NCBI GenBank assembly: GCA_013376995.1
Contig: JACAAZ010000015.1
Location: forward strand, 47,695-111,694
DNA length: 64,000 nucleotides
From: Bacteroidota bacterium
GTDB taxonomy: Bacteria > Bacteroidota > Bacteroidia > Bacteroidales > UBA4417
Direction: 5' to 3'
Part shown: piece by piece, positions 48,213 through 56,413 of the stretch
Numbering within the stretch: position 1 is the first letter of the stretch
Layout of the letters: each line of letters opens with the position of its first letter
Translations under genes and position numbers: made by a program
Notes under the pieces: generated by a model
Database searches by the model: none
What the model was told of the DNA's origin: nothing
Seen by the model: the letters and a program-made list of their open reading frames with translations, nothing else

Positions 48213-48899
48213 ATGAATTTTCAATCGGTTAAAAGCAACACAGTCCTTAGGATAACACTATTTGCCTGTTTACTTTTGGTCATATCCGTTTTTTTCATTT
48301 ATCGTACTAATGACTGGCCTTATGGAACTGAGGCTATTGGTTGCTTGCTATCGCTTATTTTGCTCATTCTTACCTTAGTAGTACTCCGGGGATTCCAAAA
48401 AAAATATGTTAGCGGGCTACAGGAAAAAAGTGTTTCATTGGGTTTATACATTGGCCTATTATGGAGTGTTGAAATAAGCATAAATAATTTTATTCAACCT
48501 GAACTTCCCGCACGAGATTATATTGATAATTCGTTTTGGCTATTAATTTCGCTATTAATCTTAATCCTATCAATCAGAGCAGCATATCAATCCAAAAAAT
48601 TTCTGCCAGGATTATGGGCCGGACTATGGAGTAGCCTTGCCAGTGGGGCTGTTGCCTGCCTAAGTGCCTTACTGTTAATTGTCTTTGGAATAAAATACGT
48701 TATCCTGGACCCTCTCAATATTCAGGAATGGTCAAATGTAAAGGCTACCGCAGACACAGCTAACATAGCTATTTATTTTGCATATCAGTCTTTCACAGGG
48801 GCCATACTTCACTTGTATATATTAGGAGTCCTGCCGGGAATAATTCTAGGATCTATGGGGAGTTCATTAGGATTGCTGTTGAACAGGTTAAAGCATTAA
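48213..48899 (+). CDS. hypothetical polytopic membrane protein
   Basis: 228 aa with about six hydrophobic segments. I recognise no family. Confidence 0.45.
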   Translation: MNFQSVKSNTVLRITLFACLLLVISVFFIYRTNDWPYGTEAIGCLLSLILLILTLVVLRGFQKKYVSGLQEKSVSLGLYIGLLWSVEISINNFIQPELPARDYIDNSFWLLISLLILILSIRAAYQSKKFLPGLWAGLWSSLASGAVACLSALLLIVFGIKYVILDPLNIQEWSNVKATADTANIAIYFAYQSFTGAILHLYILGVLPGIILGSMGSSLGLLLNRLKH

Positions 48900-49023
48900 T
48901 TTTGAAACTGAAGCTGCAAGCATTGGCTTACCATGTTCGGTTGTTCAACACAAATACCTCAACTTACCCTTACAAGACGGTAATTACAATTAATTCTCCG
49001 TCTTACCCTCTAAATAATGACTA

Positions 49024-49599
49024 ATGCAAAAAAACATTGTACAACATATAAGGAACCATGTAGATTTAAGTGATTCTGAGGTGGAAGTATTAAACAAGTA
49101 TTTCAAAATACATCACTGTAAAAAGAAAGAATTACTCCTTATTGAGAACAAAGTATGTAATCAATTTTACTATGTTGAAAAAGGATGTTTAAGGATGTAC
49201 TTCATCAATAAAAAAGGAGTTGAACAAATTACCCAATTTGCACTGGAAGGTTGGTGGATTTCTGATTTTCAAAGCTTCATAAATGGCTCTTTATCTGAAT
49301 ATTATATCCAGGCGGTTGAAGAATCAAGAATTGTATCCATTGACCATCAAAATCTTGACGCCTTAGTTAAAGCATTGCCACAATTGGAAAAGTATTTCAG
49401 GTTAATAATGCAAAAAGCCGTGGGGGGAGCGCAATTACGATCGAAATTGTTGTATGAAATGTCAAAAGAAGAGTTCTTTGTTCATTTTAGTACATCCTTC
49501 CCCGAATTTATGATGCGTGTTCCCCAGTATATGATTGCTTCTTACCTGGGCCTTACACCCGAATATTTAAGTGAATTGCGCAAAAAGACAATTCTATAA
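49024..49599 (+). CDS. Crp/Fnr-family transcriptional regulator (cNMP-binding domain + C-terminal HTH)
   Basis: 191 aa. YYVEKGCLRMYFINKKGVEQITQFALEGWWISD is a beta-roll pattern. C-terminal VPQYMIASYLGLTPEYLSELRKK is an HTH. Confidence 0.85.
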   Translation: MQKNIVQHIRNHVDLSDSEVEVLNKYFKIHHCKKKELLLIENKVCNQFYYVEKGCLRMYFINKKGVEQITQFALEGWWISDFQSFINGSLSEYYIQAVEESRIVSIDHQNLDALVKALPQLEKYFRLIMQKAVGGAQLRSKLLYEMSKEEFFVHFSTSFPEFMMRVPQYMIASYLGLTPEYLSELRKKTIL

Positions 49600-49640
49600 A
49601 TTTCTTAATCCAGTTTAATTTTTATTAATTCTTCCCGGGA

Positions 49641-49648
49641 TACTTTTG
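49641..49648 (+). promoter_or_regulatory. candidate -7 promoter element (TAnnTTTG) in front of a 41-codon ORF
   Basis: TACTTTTG lies 27 nt upstream of the ATG at 49675. Confidence 0.4.
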
Positions 49649-49674
49649 CAACATCAATCTAAATCCAAAATCAA

Positions 49675-49800
49675 ATGGACGCAAAAGAAATCGTGCTGGA
49701 AAAAATGAAAAAGGAAGGGACACCTCTCAATGCAGGTAAGATTGTTGAATTAACGAATCTTGACCGGAAGGTTGTCGATAAAGCTATGGCTGAGCTATAG
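49675..49800 (+). CDS. possible 41-aa helix-turn-helix-like small protein (below the ORF-track cutoff)
   Basis: MDAKEIVLEKMKKEGTPLNAGKIVELTNLDRKVVDKAMAEL-stop. It resembles the first three helices of small winged-helix proteins and has its own promoter-like motif. It may be truncated. Confidence 0.3.
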   Translation: MDAKEIVLEKMKKEGTPLNAGKIVELTNLDRKVVDKAMAEL

Positions 49801-49981
49801 ACGGAGGAATTATACCGAGGCTATTTGGTTTTGCGAAAACAACAAACTTGTACAGCCCGGCATAACTGAATCTAAATTCAACCTGCTTCGCATTTTCATT
49901 AAGATTCAGATTAATATTCTCTCCAAAAAGATGCTACTGGCAAGCTAAGTAAAGTTGTATTAAAATTAAACTGGAAATATT

Positions 49982-50359
49982 ATGAGCAAATTAAGTGAAA
50001 AGTTTTTTGAAGTTCTGAACCATGAAGGTGTTGTATCTATTATGTCGTGGGGTGTGGAGCCGCACCTTGTAAATACCTGGAATTCATATCTTGTAGTTAC
50101 TGAAGATGAGAGAATTTTGATCCCGGCTTATGGTTTCAGAAAAACCCAGAAGAATGTTGACATTAACAATAAAATCAAAATGAGCCTGGGCAGTAAAGAG
50201 GTGTTAGGTTATAAAGATTACCAGGGAACAGGATTTCTAATTGATGGCACAGCCAGTTATATTGAATCTGGTGAAGAGTATGATATGATGAAAAGTAAAT
50301 TTTCTTTTCTCAGCAGGGTGTTGGAAATAACAGTGGAAAATGCCAGGCAGATGCTATAA
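49982..50359 (+). CDS. pyridoxamine 5'-phosphate oxidase-related FMN-binding (split-barrel) protein
   Basis: 125 aa. FFEVLNHEGVVSIMSWGVEPHLVNTWNSYLVV and GTGFLIDGTASYIESGEEYD are typical of small PNPOx-like proteins. Confidence 0.65.
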   Translation: MSKLSEKFFEVLNHEGVVSIMSWGVEPHLVNTWNSYLVVTEDERILIPAYGFRKTQKNVDINNKIKMSLGSKEVLGYKDYQGTGFLIDGTASYIESGEEYDMMKSKFSFLSRVLEITVENARQML

Positions 50360-50382
50360 AGCATATTTGGTTTCAATTTGAA

Positions 50383-50419
50383 AATTGCCTGTGCAAGTCA
50401 TACAGCACAGGCAATTTTT
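50383..50419 (+). terminator. intrinsic terminator
   Basis: 12-bp stem AATTGCCTGTGC (50383-50394) / GCACAGGCAATT (50405-50416), running into TTTTT. It lies 24 nt after the stop at 50359. Confidence 0.75.
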
Positions 50420-50548
50420 GTATACAATATCTGCTGAAGGCCAGAACCTTTTCATATCTTTTCAAGGTTTCGTGGCAAATAGTACGATTTTTTTTAAATC
50501 AAGAAAGTCTCTCATCTTTAACAAATAATTAAACGATATATATCTTAG

Positions 50549-50959
50549 TTGACTCTTAAAACTGAATTCTTGTACCGAAACCGAAATATATACCTGGTCT
50601 TAACTCTTATCATCGTGGTTGCCGGACTGGCATCCAGGCATTTCTCTGCCAGTTTGCCCGGATGGGTGCATGCATATGCAGGAGACGGGCTTTGGGCCCT
50701 GATGGTATTCCTCATTATTGGATTTCTATTTACAAGAAAAAGCTCGCTTTGGGTAGCCCTTTCCGCATTGGCGTTTTCGTATGGCATTGAGATCAGCCAA
50801 CTATACCATGCACCCTGGATTGATACCCTTCGCGCCAATCGTTTGGGAGGACTGATCCTGGGCTTTGGGTTCCTTTGGAGCGACCTTGTTTGCTATACTA
50901 TTGGCGTTGGATTTGGTTACCTGGTGGAAAAGCTTTTTTTAAAAAGCAAGTATGATTAG
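50549..50959 (+). CDS. DUF2809-family membrane protein
   Basis: GLASRHFSASLPGWVHAYAGDGLWALMVF, YGIEISQLYHAPWIDTLRANRLGGLILGFGFLWSDLVCYTIG. The ORF-track start is a TTG, so the true start is uncertain. Confidence 0.6.
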   Translation: MTLKTEFLYRNRNIYLVLTLIIVVAGLASRHFSASLPGWVHAYAGDGLWALMVFLIIGFLFTRKSSLWVALSALAFSYGIEISQLYHAPWIDTLRANRLGGLILGFGFLWSDLVCYTIGVGFGYLVEKLFLKSKYD

Positions 50960-51106
50960 GCTGGATTTATTCATAGATTTAAAACCTGTTAGCTATGGAT
51001 AATATTTGATGAGTATTAAACCACAGGAATTCGGGTAATAACTGAAAGTTTGATTTTTAGCCAGATTAATATCCTTCTTTAAAAATTATTGCCGGGAATC
51101 ATATAA

Positions 51107-51583
51107 ATGATTGCCTTTAGCGTCCCCACTATTGTATATTCCAATAAAAGAAACATGAACACTAAAGCGCTTCTCAGTCTCACTGCCGCCGACCTGGTTG
51201 AAAATCCTGTGTGGGAATATTGGATTGAAAACAACATTGAACTTGTGAGGCCTTCGAACCTGCATGAAATCAGGGAGGGCAGCAATATAGTCTATATAGT
51301 TTCAACGGAGTTCCAATTTCGCAATAAATCCCGGGCAATTGGATATTGTTCTCCCCAGGATGCAAGCGGGCTTGATTCTTTGCAGCCTGTCATGCTTATA
51401 AGGAAAGAGCATATACCTATCCTTCAAAACACAGAATCTGATAAAGACAACCGTAATCATATCTTCAGGAAACTCGGGCTGGAACCGACTGATATCTTTC
51501 CAATTCTATTCAGGACCAGGGCAAAATGTGCCAATGAGTATTTTGAAGGGAAGATAACCGGGTTTGATGAGGAGATTGTATAA
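51107..51583 (+). CDS. hypothetical protein
   Basis: 158-aa ORF with an alternative ATG at 51155 (MNTKALLSL...). I recognise no family. Confidence 0.4.
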   Translation: MIAFSVPTIVYSNKRNMNTKALLSLTAADLVENPVWEYWIENNIELVRPSNLHEIREGSNIVYIVSTEFQFRNKSRAIGYCSPQDASGLDSLQPVMLIRKEHIPILQNTESDKDNRNHIFRKLGLEPTDIFPILFRTRAKCANEYFEGKITGFDEEIV

Positions 51584-51641
51584 ATACCTTTAGGAATAGT
51601 TTGAAATTAATTCCGATCTGAAATCTATAAAGCCCGGTCTT

Positions 51642-52817
51642 ATGAAAAAAATCTTATTTCTGATTTTCTATATTTCCGGTTCGTGCAACTTACAGGCACA
51701 ATCTTTCAGCATTCAATTTGCTGGTAGTGGAGCTAGCACAACTGTTGATTCCGTAAGGGTAGAGAACCTGGTGAATTGTACAATGTCAAATTTAATCGGC
51801 TCTGATATCCTGGTTTGTAACCCGGGAGACACCCTGAAATTAACCGGGAAATCGGGGAATTACAGGACGGTTGTGATGCTTATCCCGACATATAACCAGA
51901 CTGTTACCTTTGATTTCGTTGAATGCAGGGATGCTGACGACAACAATTACGCGGTTTTGCAGATTGGGGATCAGCTATGGATGGCTGAAAACCTGAAAAC
52001 CACCAAATACCGGGACGGATCCGATATTCCCAATGTACAGGATAGTGCCGGCTGGCACACTGCAACGAGCGGTGCCTGGTGTGATTATCATAATCTTCCT
52101 GATGAAGGGGCTGAGTATGGCCATTTGTATAATTTCTATGCTGTGGATGATATTCGCGGGATAAGCCCGGAAGGCTGGCATGTGGCATCCCATTCGGAAT
52201 GTAACGTGATGGAGAAATACCTGGACAATAGTGTTGACACAACACTGCTGATGGGAACAGGGAATCAGATTGGCAAAATGCTGAAGGAAAACTGTGACAC
52301 TCGCTGGGCTTATAACCCTGATACCTGGGGCACGAATGAAAGCGGCTTTACTGCACTCTGCACCAATTTCCGCATCGGGTCAGGTGCATGGAGCCTTGCA
52401 CCCAATAATGACCATGATGATGGTTTCTGGACATCAACGGCCATCAATAATGGGAGTGCATGGTTCAGGAGCCTGAGGTGGTGTTTCAGCGATATTTATG
52501 TTCTGTACCTTCAGAAAACATTTGGTTATTCTGTGCGATGCATTAAGAATTCCACTAACACCAATATTCCTGATCTGAATTTTCAGGATGGATTGAAAAT
52601 TCATCCTAATCCATTCACGGATAAGGTCTGTATTGAATCTGGTAAAAACGAAAACAGGATTCTGCAGGTATTTTCGTTAACAGGAAGTTGCGTTTACCAA
52701 AGTTCATTGGCCGGAAACAAGAATCAGGAATCCCTGGGTTTTCTTCCAAAAGGGATCTACATAGCTAAAATCCAGGGTGCTGATTGGACCAGGCAGTTCA
52801 AACTGGTAAAACAATAA
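51642..52817 (+). CDS. FISUMP (Fibrobacter succinogenes major paralogous) domain protein with T9SS type A C-terminal sorting domain
   Basis: Signal peptide. YAVLQIGDQLWMAENLKTTKYRDGSDIP, YGHLYNFYAV, ISPEGWHVASHSEC, GYSVRCIK. C-terminal LKIHPNPFTDKVCIE....ILQVFSLTGSCVYQ....LPKGIYIAKIQ. Confidence 0.8.
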   Translation: MKKILFLIFYISGSCNLQAQSFSIQFAGSGASTTVDSVRVENLVNCTMSNLIGSDILVCNPGDTLKLTGKSGNYRTVVMLIPTYNQTVTFDFVECRDADDNNYAVLQIGDQLWMAENLKTTKYRDGSDIPNVQDSAGWHTATSGAWCDYHNLPDEGAEYGHLYNFYAVDDIRGISPEGWHVASHSECNVMEKYLDNSVDTTLLMGTGNQIGKMLKENCDTRWAYNPDTWGTNESGFTALCTNFRIGSGAWSLAPNNDHDDGFWTSTAINNGSAWFRSLRWCFSDIYVLYLQKTFGYSVRCIKNSTNTNIPDLNFQDGLKIHPNPFTDKVCIESGKNENRILQVFSLTGSCVYQSSLAGNKNQESLGFLPKGIYIAKIQGADWTRQFKLVKQ

Positions 52818-52847
52818 CAACCAGCAATCATTTTAATAAGAGTAAAA

Positions 52848-53231
52848 ATGAAAATTGCCCATATAGCCATTTGGACAAAAGATCTGGAAGCAATGAAGGC
52901 GTTTTATTGCCGGTATTTTGAAGGAGTAAGCAGTGCAAAGTATCTAAATCCGGAAAAAAAGTTTGAATCCTATTTTATAAGCTTTAAGAGTGGGGCAAAA
53001 CTGGAACTAATGCGCCAGGAATCTGTCACGGAACCCTTAAACCCGCTGCCACAATTAGGGATTACACACATCGCATTTAAACTTGGTTCAAGTAAAGCGG
53101 TGATTTTGTTAACTGAAAAGCTTCGTTCTGATGGTTACAGAATAGTTGGGGAACCACGCTTAACGGGAGATGGCTATTTTGAAAGTGTAGTGTTGGATGT
53201 CGAAGGTAACAGGATAGAATTGCTAGCTTAA
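52848..53231 (+). CDS. VOC (glyoxalase I-like) family protein
   Basis: 127 aa. MKIAHIAIWTKDLEAMKAFYCRYF, GITHIAFKL, DGYFESVVLDVEGNRIEL. Confidence 0.75.
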   Translation: MKIAHIAIWTKDLEAMKAFYCRYFEGVSSAKYLNPEKKFESYFISFKSGAKLELMRQESVTEPLNPLPQLGITHIAFKLGSSKAVILLTEKLRSDGYRIVGEPRLTGDGYFESVVLDVEGNRIELLA

Positions 53232-53533
53232 CTGATATGTACAAATTCCAGATCAAACTATGAATCAGGATTTGGAACACGGATGACACGGAAAGGAACA
53301 GACTTTCACAGAAAAAATTACCAGGTACATATTATATAACACTGTCATTCTGTATTTTATGTTAATTTTCCGCCTGTTGGAGACTCGTTTTATAAATTTT
53401 GCACAAACGAATATTTAAAGAAGGAATAACTGTTGTATGGACAAGTTAAATCCATAACTATTCCGCATAGCTTTGATGCCAGCATTTTGAATACTGCAGA
53501 ATTATCTTTACCTTTATGTATCCCCTTTAAAAT

Positions 53534-54427
53534 ATGGAAATTATGAAGACTTACAGAATTGTTTCCCTCTTATTTTTCCTGGTTTCCATTTTATCATTTC
53601 AGCAGGGTTTTGCCCAGGCTGATACTGCTAAAACCTCGGCTCCCAAGTATTATGAGATTACGACCAATGACGGCGGGGAGTTTGTCGGAATTATCATATC
53701 CCAGGATGCTAAGGAGGTGTTAATCAATACGCGTGACCGCGGACAAATATCGATTCCCAAATACCAGGTGAAGGAGATTAAGGAAGTTCCCGAAAAAGAA
53801 ATTACGGCAACAGGTGGTTATATTCCTGCTGAAGTGTTTTCAACGCGGTATTTTATTACGACTAATGGACTGCCTATTGAAAAGAAGGAGAGCTACATTT
53901 TATGGAACCTATGGGGGCCGGATTTTGAATTTGGAGTCGGGAAAAACCTGGGGGTAGGAATCATGACTTCATGGATTGGCATGCCGATTATCGGAACTGT
54001 GAAGTATACAATTAATTTGCAGCAGAATGTCAATATGGCAATTGGCGGGCTCGTTGGAACCGGCTCCTGGATTCAACCCAACTTTGGGCTAGCCCTCCCC
54101 TATGCAGCCCTAACATTTGGGGACCGGAAAAGTAATATCACATTTTCAGGCGGATATGGCGCGGTATTTAATAACGGGAATAATAACGGAAGGCTATTAT
54201 TTTCGGTTGCGGGGATGGCTAAAATGGGAAAGAAAGTTTGTTTTGTTTTTGATTCCTTCCTGGTTACTCCCAAAGGAAATCTTTCAGGAGGCGGTCTGAT
54301 CCTGCCAGGTATCAGGCTGCAAACGGATAGCAAGAAGGCATTCCAGTTCGGTTTTGGGGGGCTTTATGTTGACGGTAAATTTATTCCTTCACCAATTCCC
54401 TATGTACAATGGTTCAGGAAACTCTGA
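53534..54427 (+). CDS. hypothetical secreted/outer-membrane protein
   Basis: 297 aa. Signal peptide ending GFAQA. The C-terminal half is glycine-rich and strand-like. The terminal sequence is VQWFRKL. Confidence 0.45.
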   Translation: MEIMKTYRIVSLLFFLVSILSFQQGFAQADTAKTSAPKYYEITTNDGGEFVGIIISQDAKEVLINTRDRGQISIPKYQVKEIKEVPEKEITATGGYIPAEVFSTRYFITTNGLPIEKKESYILWNLWGPDFEFGVGKNLGVGIMTSWIGMPIIGTVKYTINLQQNVNMAIGGLVGTGSWIQPNFGLALPYAALTFGDRKSNITFSGGYGAVFNNGNNNGRLLFSVAGMAKMGKKVCFVFDSFLVTPKGNLSGGGLILPGIRLQTDSKKAFQFGFGGLYVDGKFIPSPIPYVQWFRKL

Positions 54428-54568
54428 GTTTTCAGAGGCTTGTTAGTTTATATTAACCATACTATTATTCTTTTTCATTCAATCCTTTGTTAAAAAACAA
54501 GCCTTAAACACTTATAGTGAAATAATTGCGTTAGGTTTACATATGTTTATCTATAAGCTATCTTCTCT

Positions 54569-55114
54569 ATGAAAAAATTACTCACAGTTTCAATGGCTTT
54601 TACTTTGCTGATGCTTCTTTCGTGCAGCAAATCAGACAGGTATAATTCATCCATCCTTGTTTCTGAAATATCAAAAGTCTTACCATCACAGGAGAGGCTA
54701 TATGTCCCAACCATGGGTAATTACCTCAAATTTGTAACAGAAGGGGATAGTTTGTTTGGCTTTTATACGGTACTTAGCCAGGATATTTGTCTTGCCTGCA
54801 ACCAATCTTACCAGGAGGTGCTTATTGAATTCGGCTCTGATGAAGTACTTGCTTTGCCGGTAAACGCCCTCATAGGTAGAATGGGAACCTGGAAAAGACC
54901 GGACGTACTAAGGTTGGATAATTTCGCAGGAAAAGGGAGTATGTATATCGGCTTCAGAACGAATGTGAACAATACCGCGGATGAATCTCATTGGACCTAT
55001 GGATGGATCAGGATTGAACTGACACAGGATAAAATCAACCTGGAAGTGATGCAGAGTGCCATCAACCTGAAAACCAATGAAGGCATTGAAGCCGGACAGG
55101 TTAGTAACGACTAA
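54569..55114 (+). CDS. hypothetical lipoprotein
   Basis: 181 aa with lipobox-like LLSCSKSD. I recognise no family. Confidence 0.45.
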   Translation: MKKLLTVSMAFTLLMLLSCSKSDRYNSSILVSEISKVLPSQERLYVPTMGNYLKFVTEGDSLFGFYTVLSQDICLACNQSYQEVLIEFGSDEVLALPVNALIGRMGTWKRPDVLRLDNFAGKGSMYIGFRTNVNNTADESHWTYGWIRIELTQDKINLEVMQSAINLKTNEGIEAGQVSND

Positions 55115-55144
55115 TCAGATAACCCTATTTCAATTCTATTATAG

Positions 55145-56029
55145 ATGAGCAGGTTCATTTATCTTTACTCACACCTATTCCTCTTTTACCTATTCCTAAA
55201 TTCAATTGATGTATCTGCTCAGCGGAGCCATGAATTAGACAGCATTACCCAGGTCCTGGAAAATGTTTTCAGGAATGACCAATTGCCAAGGATGCAAATA
55301 GATTCTATTGCTGAAAAGTATGGTAGTGAATCCGATGAATCAAAAAGTCTTATGAATATCATTGGTCGTAATGATTCGATAAATACCCTGATTGTAAAGG
55401 AAATTATCGACAAATACGGCTGGCTAGGACGTGATAGGATATCAGCACGGGCCAATAAGGCATTGTTCCTGGTTATCCAGCATGCAGACCTTTCAACTCA
55501 ACTCAGGTATAAGGACAGCCTGGAGGCTGCTTCCCGGTCCGGGCGGGCGAACCCTGCTGATTATGCACTTTTGTTGGACCGTACTAACATGGACCAGGGG
55601 ATTTTCCAGGTATATGGATCACAGTTAATTATGAATTATTCAGGAGCAGCTTACTTGTTTCCGATCATGGATGAACCGAATGTTAACAAGAGACGAAAAT
55701 CAGTCGGACTGGATCCCCTGGAAGTTTATGCTAAACTATTCAATGTAAATTATTCACTGCCAGCAAAGGACCCTTACAGAAATTGCTTTGTATTGTCCGG
55801 TTTTATCTTTGATAAATCGGGGAATCCTGTAAAGGATGTTTCCATAATTAATGGGGAAGATGTGATTTCCAAAACGGATGAAAACGGTTACTTTAAAACT
55901 CCTATTAGAAGGAAAATTAAAAATTTATCTATCCGATATACAAAGCCTGGTTACAAGGAAATAGCCGTTAGTCTTGATACCAGCCAGGGGAAAGATGTTT
56001 ATCTGCAGTATATTCAAATGAAAGATTAG
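55145..56029 (+). CDS. hypothetical secreted protein with C-terminal carboxypeptidase-regulatory-like segment
   Basis: 294 aa with a signal peptide. The central region KYGWLGRDRISARANKALFLVIQHADL ... YALLLDRTNMDQGIFQVYGSQ resembles a family I recall as DUF6624 (uncertain). C-terminal LSGFIFDKSGNPVKDVSIINGEDVISKTDENGYF. Confidence 0.45.
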   Translation: MSRFIYLYSHLFLFYLFLNSIDVSAQRSHELDSITQVLENVFRNDQLPRMQIDSIAEKYGSESDESKSLMNIIGRNDSINTLIVKEIIDKYGWLGRDRISARANKALFLVIQHADLSTQLRYKDSLEAASRSGRANPADYALLLDRTNMDQGIFQVYGSQLIMNYSGAAYLFPIMDEPNVNKRRKSVGLDPLEVYAKLFNVNYSLPAKDPYRNCFVLSGFIFDKSGNPVKDVSIINGEDVISKTDENGYFKTPIRRKIKNLSIRYTKPGYKEIAVSLDTSQGKDVYLQYIQMKD

Positions 56030-56064
56030 AGCAGAACTCTTTCCAGGAAAAGGCTCCAGAAGAA

Positions 56065-56092
56065 CAAAAAAACTCCGGACACTGCCGGAGTT
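56065..56092 (-). terminator. intrinsic terminator (U-tract on the minus strand), about 320 nt downstream of the PorE-like gene and 40 nt downstream of the plus-strand gene
   Basis: 8-bp stem AACTCCGG (56071-56078) / CCGGAGTT (56085-56092) with a 6-nt loop. It is preceded on the plus strand by AAAAAA, so the minus strand reads hairpin followed by TTTTTT. Confidence 0.5.
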
Positions 56093-56270
56093 TCAAGAAA
56101 ATTATTGCAAGCTTGAAAGATAATCACGGATATGAACCCCAGGGCTCTCGTCACAAGAAAGATTGATGCTACGTTGATAAATTTCTCTTTCGTGACGAGA
56201 CTGGACCAATTTTCCACCCCAAGGGGCGGGGTATTAAACCCTCCGTAACGTCTTTGACGCGACGGGATTT

Positions 56271-56330
56271 CTTAGTGTCTTGGTGCTTTAGTTGCAAAAA
56301 AACATGCCACAAAGACACAAATACACTAAG
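56271..56330. repeat. imperfect inverted repeat element
   Basis: The left arm CTTAGTGTCTTGGTG and right arm CCACAAAGACACAAATACACTAAG flank TTTAGTTGCAAAAAAACATG. The outer 8 bp (CTTAGTGT / ACACTAAG) are exact. Confidence 0.6.
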
Positions 56331-56413
56331 TTACACGAAGAGTTATTAATACTTATTATTCTGTATTCTAGTAAGCCAGGAATTATCTAACTCACCTTTA
56401 ATTAAGTGGCAGT

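Noticed and set aside
53255-53300. Short direct-repeat-like string aacacggatgacacggaaagg downstream of the VOC gene, resembling fragments of intergenic repeats seen in other Bacteroidota.
   Set aside because: There is only one partial copy in this window, and I can define no structure or second arm. That is too little evidence to call an element.
56026-56217. 63-aa minus-strand ORF in the structured region downstream of the PorE-like gene.
   Set aside because: It has no start context and no recognisable motif. It is built largely from the arms of hairpins, so it is more likely non-coding.
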